A model generated the notes under the pieces. It saw only the letters and a list, made by a program, of their open reading frames with translations, did not search any database and was not told the DNA's origin. The position numbers were made by a program, and so were the translations under genes. This document shows positions 41,766-54,155 of a stretch of DNA of 64,000 nucleotides, piece after piece; the first letter of the stretch is position 1, and the number at the start of each line of letters is the position of its first letter. Location: positions 17,620,081-17,684,080 of the forward strand of contig CM119265.1 of the NCBI GenBank assembly GCA_051294375.1, written 5' to 3'. The stretch is from Paraspadella gotoi (taxonomy: Eukaryota > Animalia > Chaetognatha).

Positions 41766-44700
41766 GAAGTTCGAAAAGCGGAGAAGCCGGATTCGGCCCG
41801 CCAGACGCGGCTGCTCCCCGAAGCCTGTACCTTCGCATCGGGCTTTCTTTCCTTACTCCTCTTCCGCTATTACCTGTCTCCCTGTCGTCCCATCCGGCCA
41901 CTTTCCTCGGTTCTCCGCCATAGAGACAGAGCGGGCCCAGAGTTTGTACTATCGGTCTAATGCTGCTCCCGATCGGAGCTTGCAGCAAGGCAAACTTACT
42001 CTCTTCTCTTTCTCTAGTACCCCTCGTTCACCCCGAGTCTTTTAATTTCTCTCTGCCTCGAGCGCGATTCGATCATGGTTCGCGCGGATCCGGGGAGTCT
42101 TTTTTCTTAAGAAATTGTATTTGAGATAGGCAGTGATTTTTATTACACGGGTATTTTTCAAAAACAATTGAAATTGGAACCTTAAATAACTATTTATTTA
42201 CTTTTCCCCTCTGATAAATATATTAACATCTTTATTATATTATCTTATCTTTCTCCTCATATTACATAATCTAACACTGGGGGTGAATTTTTCTATGTTT
42301 TCAAAATACGTAAGACATGATTTCTTTTATTTGACAATCATTCTTTATTACGGATCCGCCTTAATTAAATGAAATAAAAATATTTTTTCATGGCAAGAGC
42401 AACTTTTTAGAGATCAAATTGCTCGTAAGATCTGTTGCGTATTTTAGAATATACTACTTTGCTTGCGCAAAAAAATGGCACGCTATACCTTATAAAATTT
42501 TTTTTCTTTGTTTTTCACTCCTTTCTTATTTTACTTTTCTTTCTCGAACTTTTTTTTCGAAACTTCTCTTTTTTCTCTCTGTTCTCTCTGACTTTTTTCT
42601 CCCTTTCTCCAACGTTTCTACCCTCGATATTTTTCTGTGTCATCCTTTCCTTTCTCCTCTACCTTTTTTCCCTACCACTCTACTCTATTTAAAAAGTAAG
42701 CAAAATGGATAATTGATTCTTTGCATTAGAAATGCAGCAGATGATTCAATTAATCCGTAGTCCAGCCCACTTTGTCTTAGAGCTAAATTTTATCAATTCT
42801 GTTTATAATATTTAGCAATATTTTGGAAAAAGTTGTATTTTTTTCTAAATTCCCCGATCAAAATCCACTGCCCAATAGTATTTGTGATTGTCATTGCTAC
42901 TGTAAGAAAGGTTTTGTTATTTCTATGCCTGCAAGGGTAAATAACAGTGAATAAATTTATTCTTATTGTTTAAAAGATATCTTGCCAATTCATTTTATGG
43001 GTTCAAATTTTCTGCGGGCAGTCGTCTCCCGCCTCAATTTTCAGAGAGATTTTTCCATCGCTAGTTAGTTTTCGCTTGAAATCTCACAAAAACTGTTTCG
43101 CTCGAGAGAAACTCTGTATTTTAGGAATAATTTCTGTGCTTCAATAAAGACTCATTATTTTATTCGCGACTTTTCTCTTGGAAACTTAAGTTGATCAGTT
43201 CGTCCTGGTGACAAAAACGAGACGGTGTCGTCTTCCGCGGCCGTGAAGACAAATAAAATTCGAAAGATCTTCGCACATATGAAGTAAAACTTTAAGGGGA
43301 CCAGTGATAAAAAATGAGTATCATAAGGCTTAAGGGTTCTATCATCAAAGGGGAATTTGAAATGTGTGATAGTCATTAATTTTTTTTTGTACGGGAAAGT
43401 GGCAAAAAAATTCCTATCTCTTATTGTAGCGGGAAACAAAAATTAATAATTATTGAAAAAAAAATTTTAGTTGACCCTAACCTATAATATTTATATAATC
43501 CATTATTTTTATTTTTGCATTAGAAAGTATTTTTTAACTAAATTTCCAATTTTTTATTTTTTACTGCTACAAAGCTATAATTTTAGGGTTTTAAGCTTCA
43601 TTGAACAAAGCTACAAAGACTAATATTTTTTATATTTTTATATTTAACTCTAAAAGCAGACAAAATCAACCTTAAATTTATTCTTACAGAAACAAAACTG
43701 TAATTAATTAATTAATTAATATTCATATTCATCCCTTAAATTGTTATAATTAAACCTATATTGATTCTAATGTGATAACAATAAAAATTTCAGCAAAAGT
43801 TACAGGAATCTTTCTCGTTCTTTTTTTATTTATATTACTTCAAGAGTTTTTATTTTCATCCAAATTAAACAGAATCATTTTTTTGAAAAGAATTAAATAA
43901 ATCAGTCGATACCTTTAAATTTTGATTCATTCCTAGTTTTTTTTCTTATAAATTTTTGTTGAAAAAAAGCTGAAAATCTTTTTAAAATTAGTCTTACCAA
44001 TTTTGGAAAAAAAAATTAAACTTGAAAAAAGATTTTGTTTTCTTACCATATTTTTTAAAGAAAATTAAGCTCGCTGATTTTATCGAAAATTTTTTTAAAC
44101 TACTTTCCCAAATGATTTATAAAAGAAAAAATTATATGATCAGAACCAGCTTAAGTTAAAAGGTCAAACGTTATTGTTTTCAGCTTTTACCCCCCCTGTT
44201 CACTTGGTCCCCTTAAGGTCGCCAGGCATTTTGACAAACATACTTTCTTGGTTTAGAGTTCAAACGCGCTAAGTTTTCCAAGAAACTTAGGAATTTAACT
44301 ATTAAACTTTTCAGAATTGTCCAAACGCTTCAATCAAAATTTCTTTTTTTAAAAAATCTGTTTTTTAATTGTATTTGGCTTTATTAAGCAACAAAACTGA
44401 CCTAAAGCCAAATGTTAAAATTTTTTAAAAGGGAATGTCATTCACCATTTGTACATAAAATCCAATGATTGCTAAGAGATTACACAGCGAGGCCCAGCAG
44501 TTTGTTTTGCCTTATCTTTATATCAGTAATGGACTAATTAGTTTCTCTAGCGCCTAATTGAAGCGCTAAAAATTCTGCTTTTCCTCCAAAAAATTGGTGA
44601 GACTTGACTTGTCGACGTTGTTTGGTGGAAGGAGACGGAGAGAGAGAGAGGAGAGAAAGAGAGAGAGAGAGAGGAGAGACGAGAGAGAGAGAGAGAGAGA

Positions 44701-45026
44701 GAAATCCGGGGCCCGATCCGCTCGGACTTCGACGGCAAGGAAAGCCCGACTCACCCATTGAGAGAGAGAAAATCTCCCTGATCGAAAGCGAGAAGAAGCC
44801 CGCGAAGGCAGAAGTGAGTCGGTCGGCCAGCCGCTGCGCCGCTAGGCTCGTGGCACTGGCTGCATTCCGGAGAGCCTGAGTTATATGACTCAGAGATGAG
44901 AGAGAGAGAGAGAGCGAGAGAAGAGGAGAAGAGAGAGAAAGAGAGAGAGAGAGAGAGGAGAGAGAGAGCAGAAGCAGAGAGAGAGAGGAGGAGAGAGATA
45001 AGAGAGCGACAAACCCAGGTCACATC

Positions 45027-45600
45027 GGCAATGGTTCGTCGCAAGAGCGCGAGAGAGGACATCGAACCGGAAGATAACTCATACAGAGTCTCCTCTGCCA
45101 TATGGCGATTTTTCTCGCCTCAGGAAGAATATGGAACGTCGCCTCCGATGGGCGGAGAGCGTTCAAATTGAAAATCAGTCCGACGCAGACCAGGCGGGTG
45201 ACGTTACCACGTTCTTAGTTTGTTTTTTTTTTTTTTATTGTTTTTCTGTTTAGTTTATTGTTTGTTGCTATCATGCTTAGTAAATTTTGATCTGGGTGTG
45301 GGTAGAAGCTTTGTTTTTTACATCGAGCCAACTGTATCTCTTTTCTCTCTCTTCTCTCTCTTTCTCTTCTCTCTCTCTCTTCTCCCTCTCTCTCTTCTCT
45401 CTCCTCTCGTTTCCTTCCATTTCATGTTGCAAAGATTAAAGAAGCTTTTTGTTGATCTTGAAACCTTTGGGCAATTTCGCGCANNNNNNNNNNNNNNNNN
45501 NNNNNNNNCGAGGCGAGAAAATCGCCACGATGGCAAAGAGACGTCGTATGAAGTTACTTCCGGTTCGATGTCTCTCTCGCCTCTTGCGACGAACCATTCC
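45027..45600. repeat. Small inverted duplication across a 25-N gap
   Basis: 45509-45600 is the reverse complement of ~45027-45121 (aatggttcgtcgcaagag...ttttctcgcctc); the gap is 45484-45508. Confidence 0.9.
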
Positions 45601-46082
45601 NNNNNNNNNNNNNNNNNNNNNNNNNNNNNNNNNNNNNNNNNNNNNNNNNNNNNNNNNNNNNNNNNNNNNNNNNNNNNNNNNNNNNNNNNNNNNNNNNNNN
45701 NNNNNNNNNNNNNNNNNNNNNNNNNNNNNNNNNNNNNNNNNNNNNNNNNNNNNNNNNNNNNNNNNNNNNNNNNNNNNNNNNNNNNNNNNNNNNNNNNNNN
45801 NNNNNNNNNNNNNNNNNNNNNNNNNNNNNNNNNNNNNNNNNNNNNNNNNNNNNNNNNNNNNNNNNNNNNNNNNNNNNNNNNNNNNNNNNNNNNNNNNNNN
45901 NNNNNNNNNNNNNNNNNNNNNNNNNNNNNNNNNNNNNNNNNNNNNNNNNNNNNNNNNNNNNNNNNNNNNCAGTTGCAAGCCAAACATGGAAAAAAAGTCG
46001 CGATTAAGAACCGCAGCAGGTAATCCGGTGCAGCAGCCATAATCCCGCGGCAGCATTTCTGAACGTGTCGTTTTTTTCTAAG

Positions 46083-46241
46083 GCAGCAGCAGCCTCGTCT
46101 CGTTTCGCGACAGCAGAATTTTCAGCAGCAGCCTCAACTCCATTATTTTCGTCAGCTGCCGCCTCCGCTGCCGCCCCCGCCGACGCAACACCCGAAGCCT
46201 TCGGACGGCACGTGCAAAGGACGAGTTGGTGCGAACCCCCG
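46083..46241 (+). CDS. Possible 159-nt Q/P-rich internal exon (strand uncertain)
   Basis: A 63-nt GT-AG intron (46020-46082) keeps the frame ..KNRSR-QQQPRLVSRQQNFQQQPQLHYFRQLPPPLPPPP..; donor CCG|GTGAGG. All three plus frames and an Ala/Glu-rich minus frame are open, so support is weak. Confidence 0.22.
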
Positions 46242-46519
46242 GTGAGGAGCGGAAACGTGCGTGCACGGGAAATTAAGAGAGACAGAGAGAGAGAAAGAGT
46301 GAGAGAGAGATGCACATGCTGCGCGTGCTTTAGCGTCGGGTAAGGTATTGAGGTGAGGAGGATTGCGACACGACGCGGATGAGGACGAGGAAGAGCAGAC
46401 AAATTCTGCAGCAGCAAAGGTGAGGGTTTGTCATAAGGTATGGCACGACGCGTCGAGACAGAGAGAGTGAGAGAGAAAGAAAGAAAGACAGAAAGAAAAA
46501 ATAAGAAAGAAAGAAAAAA

Positions 46520-46520
46520 A

Positions 46521-46583
<63 letters not shown>
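46520..46583 (+). repeat. (AAAG)n microsatellite
   Basis: Perfect tetranucleotide run. Confidence 0.96.
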
Positions 46584-46584
<1 letters not shown>

Positions 46585-49500
46585 GGGTTTTTAAATTTTT
46601 TTTTAGCAGTTTTACAGTTGGGTTAACTCATCTCCTCAACGTGAGTGGTTCTTTGAAATTGGAACTGTATTGGGTAAGTAAGCGACGATGGTAAAGGAGG
46701 AGGTAAGGTTTATGAGGAAGGATTGCTCTCCCAATGCGTCGAATTTCATTGAGGAAATATGAGAGAAAGAAGAAAAGAGTTTGAGAAAAAAGAGAAAGAG
46801 AGAGCAGGAGAGGCATAATGACGATGTCAAACAGCGATTGTTTCGAGAAAGGAAATTAAACGGGAATTTAAGAAAATAATATCAAAATAAAAATGAAGGA
46901 GATATAGTTAACTTTAAAACATATTTTATTTTTTTGACCGAAAAATAGTCACGTGACTAGCGCGATGAATAAACTGGGAAAAGAAGGAAGGAAACAAAGA
47001 GGGTGAGTCAAGCGAGCGGAGGAGAGGTAAGGCGAGAGGTAAGGCGACCGAGCGAGGAAATCGAGGTGAGGACGCGCGAGTCACGTTTCTCGGTGCCGCG
47101 TCACGCGCCGCAAACAGGAAGTAGGTCAAGACGGAGGGTGAGGACGTCGAGGCGGAAAGGTAAGTTAAGTCTCTGTTTGCGCAACAAAGGTCAGTTAGGA
47201 CGGGCGACGGAGACGTTTGGACTTAGGCACCGTTTGTTCNNNNNNNNNNNNNNNNNNNNNNNNNNNNNNNNNNNNNNNNNNNNNNNNNNNNNNNNNNNNN
47301 NNNNNNNNNNNNNNNNNNNNNNNNNNNNNNNNNNNNNNNNNNNNNNNNNNNNNNNNNNNNNNNNNNNNNNNNNNNNNNAAAAAAAAAACAACCGAAGACG
47401 ACGACAACGACGTCGACGGCGAACGATGACAATCCCGTAAAAATCTTCCGAGTCACGATTTCATCGAGGCGCTAATGGGAACCCACGACATCCGGGCGCC
47501 TGACGGTTACATCCGGGAGAGAAGGGGACGGGAGGGGGATTTCGATTCCGGGTGGCGTAGCGAGTGGGCAGGTGTGGTTGAGTGTCAATGGTTTGAAAAA
47601 AAGAACAAATCCGCCGAGAATTTGTCGAAATGAAATCGTTTGGTTTTTAAGATTTATGAAATTGGAGAAAATATTTCTTCTTTAAAAATATTATACGATA
47701 TAAAAAAATATGTATAAAAAACGTACGATTGAAGTATCGTTATGATTGCAAGACCAGGCCACAAAAAAAAAATAAATAAATAAACTATTGAAAAACTTAA
47801 ACGGAAAATAATTATAGAAATAACAGATCGTGCAATAAGAAGATAAGTAGATGACTTACCTGCGTTTGAAGACACGAAGTGAGTGAAGCGGAGAAAAGAG
47901 AGAATGAAAAATAAAAGGAAGAAAAAACGAATAATAAAGGTTTAGACAAGTTATAAGTTTAAAGCATTTCATGTCGCGTAAACAAAGACAAAAAGTTCCC
48001 AAAATATTCTCGACGGCGACTGAGGCAAATCTCGGACAGACTTTCTCCACAAATGTCGAGCGGGATTAAAGACCAGACGACAGTAAATAAGTCTTCCACA
48101 TCCGGGACTCAAACCAACTCTGTTTTAAGTCACGTCTGGTGTTTTGCTTTAATTTATGACTTTCCCAAAGTAATTAAGATTATATATTTCTTAGTAAATT
48201 AAATTTGATTAAAATTAAATCGCTTATAAAAAGTAATTTTTTGTAACTAAGAGTAAGACGAACAAATTTATAATTTTATTGTTTTTTTTTTAATTGGAAA
48301 CGTTTACGAAATTTCAATTTCTGCTCACTGCTCACTCGTCGGGCATTTAAAGTTTAAACTCGACGACCCAAACTGGAGAGCGACTCGGGCGTTTATGGTT
48401 CTGGCCCCCGCGGCCTTTGAGATGAAAACTTATTTATGAGGTCGCCCCTCGGAAGCTGTGGGGTGAAGAAGAACGTTCTGACCCGGTTCTAACTTCTAAG
48501 TGAAGAGAAAGAGGCGGAGAGGAAAAGAGAAGAAAAAGAAAACGATGGATTGGGTAAGAAATGAAAAAAAAAAATAGGAAAGAAGAGACGGTAAAAGAGG
48601 ACGAGAGGACCAATGGTTTATGTTCATGGCCAGAGGCTACAATTTACAAAATCTTGGGAGTTTTGACCATAAATCACGTGACCAAGCGGGCCGACGCGCT
48701 AGCGAATTGGGGAGACAAGGGCCTCAAGCCATGAGAACCAAGTCTGACCGAGAGGCGGAGGCAATAAACGCCATGCAATTAGAGACAATCATAACGAAAA
48801 TTATTTCTTACTATTAGCTACAAACGTTTTTCGGCAGTTGCGTCGTTGACTTGAGGCCAAGGCGGAAGATACCCCTGGGATACAAGGTCGCGAGGGCCAA
48901 AATTCTTGGCCAAGAAGCCAATCCGATAAAGGATTCGCATCGCAGAGGCCAAACTCTTTAAACGGAGAGGCCAAACCTATTAACGGAGAGGCCAAAACCT
49001 CGGACCGTCGCTCCGCGTCATCGTTAAACGGGAAATTATGACGTCTTATTATCGTAAACGTCGTGAGACGCGTATTCGTTCCCGGTTTAGCGTCGTCTTT
49101 CTGCGTCGTCGTCGTCGTGTTGTCGTTGTCGCTGAATTGTCCTAGCTGTTGTCGTTGTCCTGGGTGGTCGTCTTGCAACGGATTAAAAATTATTAGGTTT
49201 AATTGGCCGAAGTTGAGCGTTATGTCTTTCTATGTAGGTGGTGTCGTTACGATATCGTTCACCGTACATTGCGACGTTGAGCATAGCACTTACTTATCTT
49301 AAAGTTAGGAGTTAGGCTTTCCTAGAATTATCAATTATTGTCGTAGTCATCCGCTCTGTTCTGAGTTGGTGCCACAGCTCAATGACCGCCATCTTGGTTA
49401 TCGTTGGTCGAACAAAAGATTCATCTGATGGACGATTTACAATAATAATCGTTGGTAGAGAAAAGAGAGGAAGAGAGCAGTGTAATTGTAATACATAGAA

Positions 49501-50411
49501 GGAGGAGAAGAGAAGTTAAAGTCAAACGAAATTCGAAAACACGAAGCATGACATTTTCCCTTTCTTAAGTTTTCGTTGCCCCATTAGAAAAATCTCGGAT
49601 TCTCTTCCTTCACTTTCTTATTACTCTCTTTCCTTTCCCCCCTGATCGGCTGACACTCCCGATCGGGCGACACTCTCAAGGAAATCTTTCCCTTCCCGAT
49701 CGGTTCACACTCTCGTCGAAATTTTTAGAGAGGCCACAGAAATTTTTATTTCGAGTTTTAATTTCGTCGCCGAAGGATTTTAAAGGCGAAACTCTCGAAG
49801 CCACGTAGAGGGAAGGAGCTGGAAGAGGGGCAGGAAAAGGAAAAGGTAGAAAACAGGATGTTGGATGCGAAAAGGAGAGAAAGTGGGCAAAAAGGGGGGA
49901 AGGAAAAGAGGGCAGGATGGAGGAGGAAGCTTCAAATTGAATCACGACGACAACAACGACCAGCCTCAGTTTCATTTATATTGCATTTATATCCAATTGA
50001 TGGCGTCCCAGGGAGCGGCAACGCGAAACCACGAAAAACCGGCAGCGGTTGGCAAAATTGAAGCGGCAGAGGACCAACGAAATGGTTCCTTCATGAATAT
50101 TAAAAACCTTTTTTTTTTCTTTTTTTTTTTCTTTTGTTTGGTAATTTTGATTCGGAACTTGTAAAGAAGTTCGCTCGACTCGGAGGGGAAGATGTAATTT
50201 TGAAGAACAGATTTTGAACATCTGTTTTGTGGCTGAAAACAGTTCGGTTGTCATTTTTTCTGCCGGCGCTGAGCAAATTGTTTCTTAGACAGTCAACTGT
50301 AAAACATTCGAACAACTTTGCGAGCGACGTTCATTTGGGAATTTATGCCGGGAGAGCCCATTTGTCTCTCTCTCTCTCATTCTCTCTCTCTCAGTCTCCT
50401 CTCTCTCTCTC

Positions 50412-50457
<46 letters not shown>

Positions 50458-51060
50458 GTGTCGTTCCATTTTCGTGGCATTCCCACATCTCCCTTTTCAA
50501 TTTAAACCGGGAAACTTTTTCGGGTAAATTTTATGACCCAAAGAGAAAGAGAAAGAAAGAAAAAAAAAGAAAATAAGAAAAAAGAAGAAATTTGAGAGTT
50601 TTTTTTTTCTCTTTCTTTCCTTTTATCTCAGCAACGGTAAAAGGACCCAGCGTCATAACGGATGCGTCGTGGCAGATTTGTTACGTTCTTTTTTTTATTT
50701 TCAGTTTGCGTTTGTGCGCACGAGATTGAAAAAAAAAAATGTCGCGGATCTTCGCTCGCGGCGAAATGTTTTTAAATAAAGAAAACCCTTTATTCTTCAG
50801 TTATATCTCAATTGATTCGCGATGTATTTGAATAATCGACGCCGTTTTTCACTTCGTTTTGAGTCACAAGATGAAAAATTTTAAAAAAAGGAGAGAGACG
50901 AAAATAATGCGAGAAATTGAAAAGAAATACGATTTGATATAAAAAGAAAACTATAAAGACCAAGGAGACAAAGAAACATAAAAGGAGAAAAAAAGTACGC
51001 TTAAATAAGAACTATGTGGATCAAAAGGAGGGAGAGAGAGAGTGAGATAGTGAGAAAGAG

Positions 51061-51120
<60 letters not shown>

Positions 51121-51772
51121 AAGTGGATTCGGAGTCTTACTTTAAGGATCAAAAACCTCCGCCCGAGGATAAACGACTTTTTTGTCAAAAAGTGAAACGG
51201 AATGATGACCTCGTTTCGTGAGTTTCACCGCTGAACTTCGGTGTGAGGATATTCACCTCAAAAACATTTATCTCGAGAATTTGATCTCCGGACCGTCGAC
51301 TCAGTTGAGACGGAGAATATACTTTGATGGATGGTATGCTGGACCGATTGGTTCTTTTATGAAATTCTTACCACTAATATAAAAATTAATTTAATAAATA
51401 AGCTATCTTGCCCCTGACTTTGGACAGGCTTTGCTGGTTTAAGGCCTCCATCACTCTTACAAGATAATGACATAGCAGGTCCCTGCAAGCTTTCAATCAA
51501 GACTCTCTCACAGTCTTGTCGATTCACATTTTATTCATATTTTATATAATTAAACAGTTAAGTTATGCGTAAATGAATCAAAATCTTTCCACGCAAGTCA
51601 AATACTTCGCTTTCCTTTATCTCCTTTTGGCCATGGAACTTAACCGCGTCATTCTCGAAAAGCGAATCTCTCTCTCTCAAACGCACAAGAAGAAATTGCC
51701 GAAGAAAGAAAGAAAAAAAAATATAGAGAGATTGAGAGAGAAAGAAACAATGGAGAGAGGATTAGGAACGCG

Positions 51773-51846
51773 TCACGCGACCGCCTTTTAAACGTCACGT
51801 GACATTCCGCTCGAATCACGTGATTACCCGGCCCCTTGTCACGTGA
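51773..51846. promoter_or_regulatory. Phased E-box cluster
   Basis: TCACGCGA at 51773 and TCACGTGA at 51795, 51816 and 51839. Confidence 0.55.
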
Positions 51847-52469
51847 TGGGCTTCGAAGGGACATTAACTCGGTGGCCCGCTCCCGAGCGAAAAAAAAAAC
51901 AGTGTGTCGCTCACCATGGAGACCGGAACGCCGTCGACGACGACGAAGACGACGACGCCTTAAGAAAAAAAAAACGCGGCGTCGCCTTGACAACCAAAAC
52001 AAACAGCGTCTAGATGGAGGCGGGGGTCAAGGACAGGAGACGATTTAGAAGGACGGGCGGAGTAGTTACGTGGGCGTGGGGGTGGGGAAAGAAAAGAGGG
52101 GGAGGGTGGAAGAGGCTCGTGAGGAGGCGCGATGCTATTGACGGTCAAAGAAAGAAAAGCGAAAATGGTCGAGTGATTGACTTTTGCGTTTCTCTTTCTT
52201 TTCAGTCGTTGACTTCTGTTTATCTTCATCTTTGTTCGTTCTGGGTTTTTGCTTTCTTCTTCTTTTGAGGTTGGCCGGATTTTTTTTTTTTTTTTTCGTT
52301 CTCTTTCTTGATTTTGTTTCTTGGGTTTCTTGTTTTTTTTTGTTTCTTTGACTTAGTTTCTTTGTTTCTTTTATGTTTCGTACATTCGTTTTTTCTTATG
52401 AAATTGGTAAAACACAATATAAAATTATTTTATTGTTTCTTATAATCATTATTATTATTTAAATACGAA

Positions 52470-52964
52470 AGCCCGATTAAACTCTTTATATAACCATTAG
52501 ACCTTAGCAAATTTTAAAAAGTTTTTTACAGAATTTAGCACTATAGTACAAATTAGTCCCCTATATGCTACTAATTTTTTTCTATCTTTGTTTTTTGAAA
52601 AATCGATCAATAAGTGCTTGCAACTCTTCAAAATTTGCAAAAAAACGGTTTTTTTCATTAAAAATGATAGATATCTTAAAAAATATCAGTCGGAATCAAA
52701 TTTAATCTGCGTCAATTTAAAGAGCGGAAAAAATACTTCATTTTACATACTTTATTTTTAAAAATCCAAATAATACTTTTCCAATTATTGATGTTTAAAA
52801 AACTGAATTCTCGGCATTTTTAAGTCACATTTTTTAATTTTCCCTTTATAACTTTGAAAATAATATAAAATAAGGTATAAAACAGACTAAATCCTCAAGA
52901 GTAAACCTTGGGCTTTCTATTGGCGTAAATAGGTATTAGTAAAGTTAACTTGTCGAGATCACTG
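52470..52964. mobile_element. Possible non-autonomous DNA-transposon remnant (one end only)
   Basis: AT-rich, microsatellite-free block ending ...gtcgagatcactg|ta, i.e. TA-CAGTG on the minus strand, as at Tc1/mariner termini; no partner TIR found; left boundary approximate. Confidence 0.2.
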
Positions 52965-54105
52965 TATTCAGATTGATGACCCTCTTGGTCTCTTTTTACA
53001 TTTTCTATCTTCGTCATGACCGTGATAAAATTCACGTGATAAAATTCACGATTCGATCATTGTGACAATTTTCTTCTCTTGAATCACCATGGTCACTTTC
53101 GGATGACGCTGATTGGTGGTCGAAGACGCGGAGATTCGCGTTTGTCACATTTGGATTTTTGACGGGATGATCCAAAGGCGAAGATCCGAAGGGTCAGTCG
53201 AAGAGACCAACGCGTCGTCTGGTCAGGAGGGAAGAGGAAGAGGAGGAGACTTTATCTCAGCGGTGATAATTTTTCGGCGATGATGACAGAAGCAGACGTC
53301 GAAAATGGCGGATGAGGAAAGAGGGAGGAAAGAGAGGAAGGAGGGGNNNNNNNNNNNNNNNNNNNNNNNNNNNNNNNNNNNNNNNNNNNNNNNNNNNNNN
53401 NNNNNNNNNNNNNNNNNNNNNNNNNNNNNNNNNNNNNNNNNNNNNNNNNNNNNNNNNNNNNNNNNNNNNNNNNNNNNNNNNNNNNNNNNNNNNNNNNNNN
53501 NNNNNNNNNNNNNNNNNNNNNNNNNNNNNNNNNNNNNNNNNNNNNNNNNNNNNNNNNNNNNNNNNNNNNNNNAGGAAGGAGGGGATGAAGGAGAGGAAGG
53601 AGGGGGAGGATATTTAAGAAATACGGGAGAGGCGAATGAACTGAGCAGAGATAGGGGAAGAAGAAGAGTTGGTTTACGAGAAGGAAGGACGAGAGATACA
53701 GAGACTGAAAGACACTTGGGATATTAACAGAAAAAGACAGAAAGGAAATGAGAGAGGATAAGATAAGAGAAAGAATTGTACAGAAAAAGAAATAAAGGAT
53801 AAAAGAAAGGAAGGGAAGGATAAAAAAGGAAAAGAGAGAAAGAAAAGGAGAGAAGTGAAAATGGGTCAGAGCGAGATGAGGTGGAGATGAAGTCGAAACC
53901 CGAAATCCGGAAGTTGATGAAACTTGGTCAACGCGGATGAGGTGAGCGACCCGGAAAAGGTTTGGGTCACTTGATGGAGTCACGAGAAGGGTCACCACTA
54001 GAGTCGTTACCGTTCGAAGTTTACTAGATTCTAGATGTTTTTAAAAAAAATACTGTACTAATATATCTCTGAAATGACATTAATTAATGAAGTTAAAATA
54101 TCATA

Positions 54106-54155
<50 letters not shown>

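Larger units (their letters stand above)
41766..51500 (-). repeat. Right arm of ~18.6 kb fold-back (composite)
   Basis: ccctgcaagctttcaatcaa ending at 51500 is the reverse complement of ttgattgaaagcttgcaggg at ~32845; 42420-42710 mirrors 40760-41060. Approx. 44540-45970 has no clear left-arm match. Confidence 0.85.

Noticed and set aside
41700-41830. Search for a SMRTbell hairpin adapter at fold-back centres
   Set aside because: No recognisable adapter; partial look-alikes (ccgttgagagag at 4811) occur in all three copies and are microsatellite edges.
44200-44330. Partial matches to miR-133 (TTGGTCCCCTT) and miR-219 (ATTGTCCAAACGC)
   Set aside because: Only 11-13 nt, in a noisy arm, with no precursor hairpins.
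21845-51500. Giant palindromes as a programmed amplification or hairpin-telomere system
   Set aside because: Indel-dominated arm differences, 25-N junctions and interleaved templates are better explained by assembly error; not accepted without read support.
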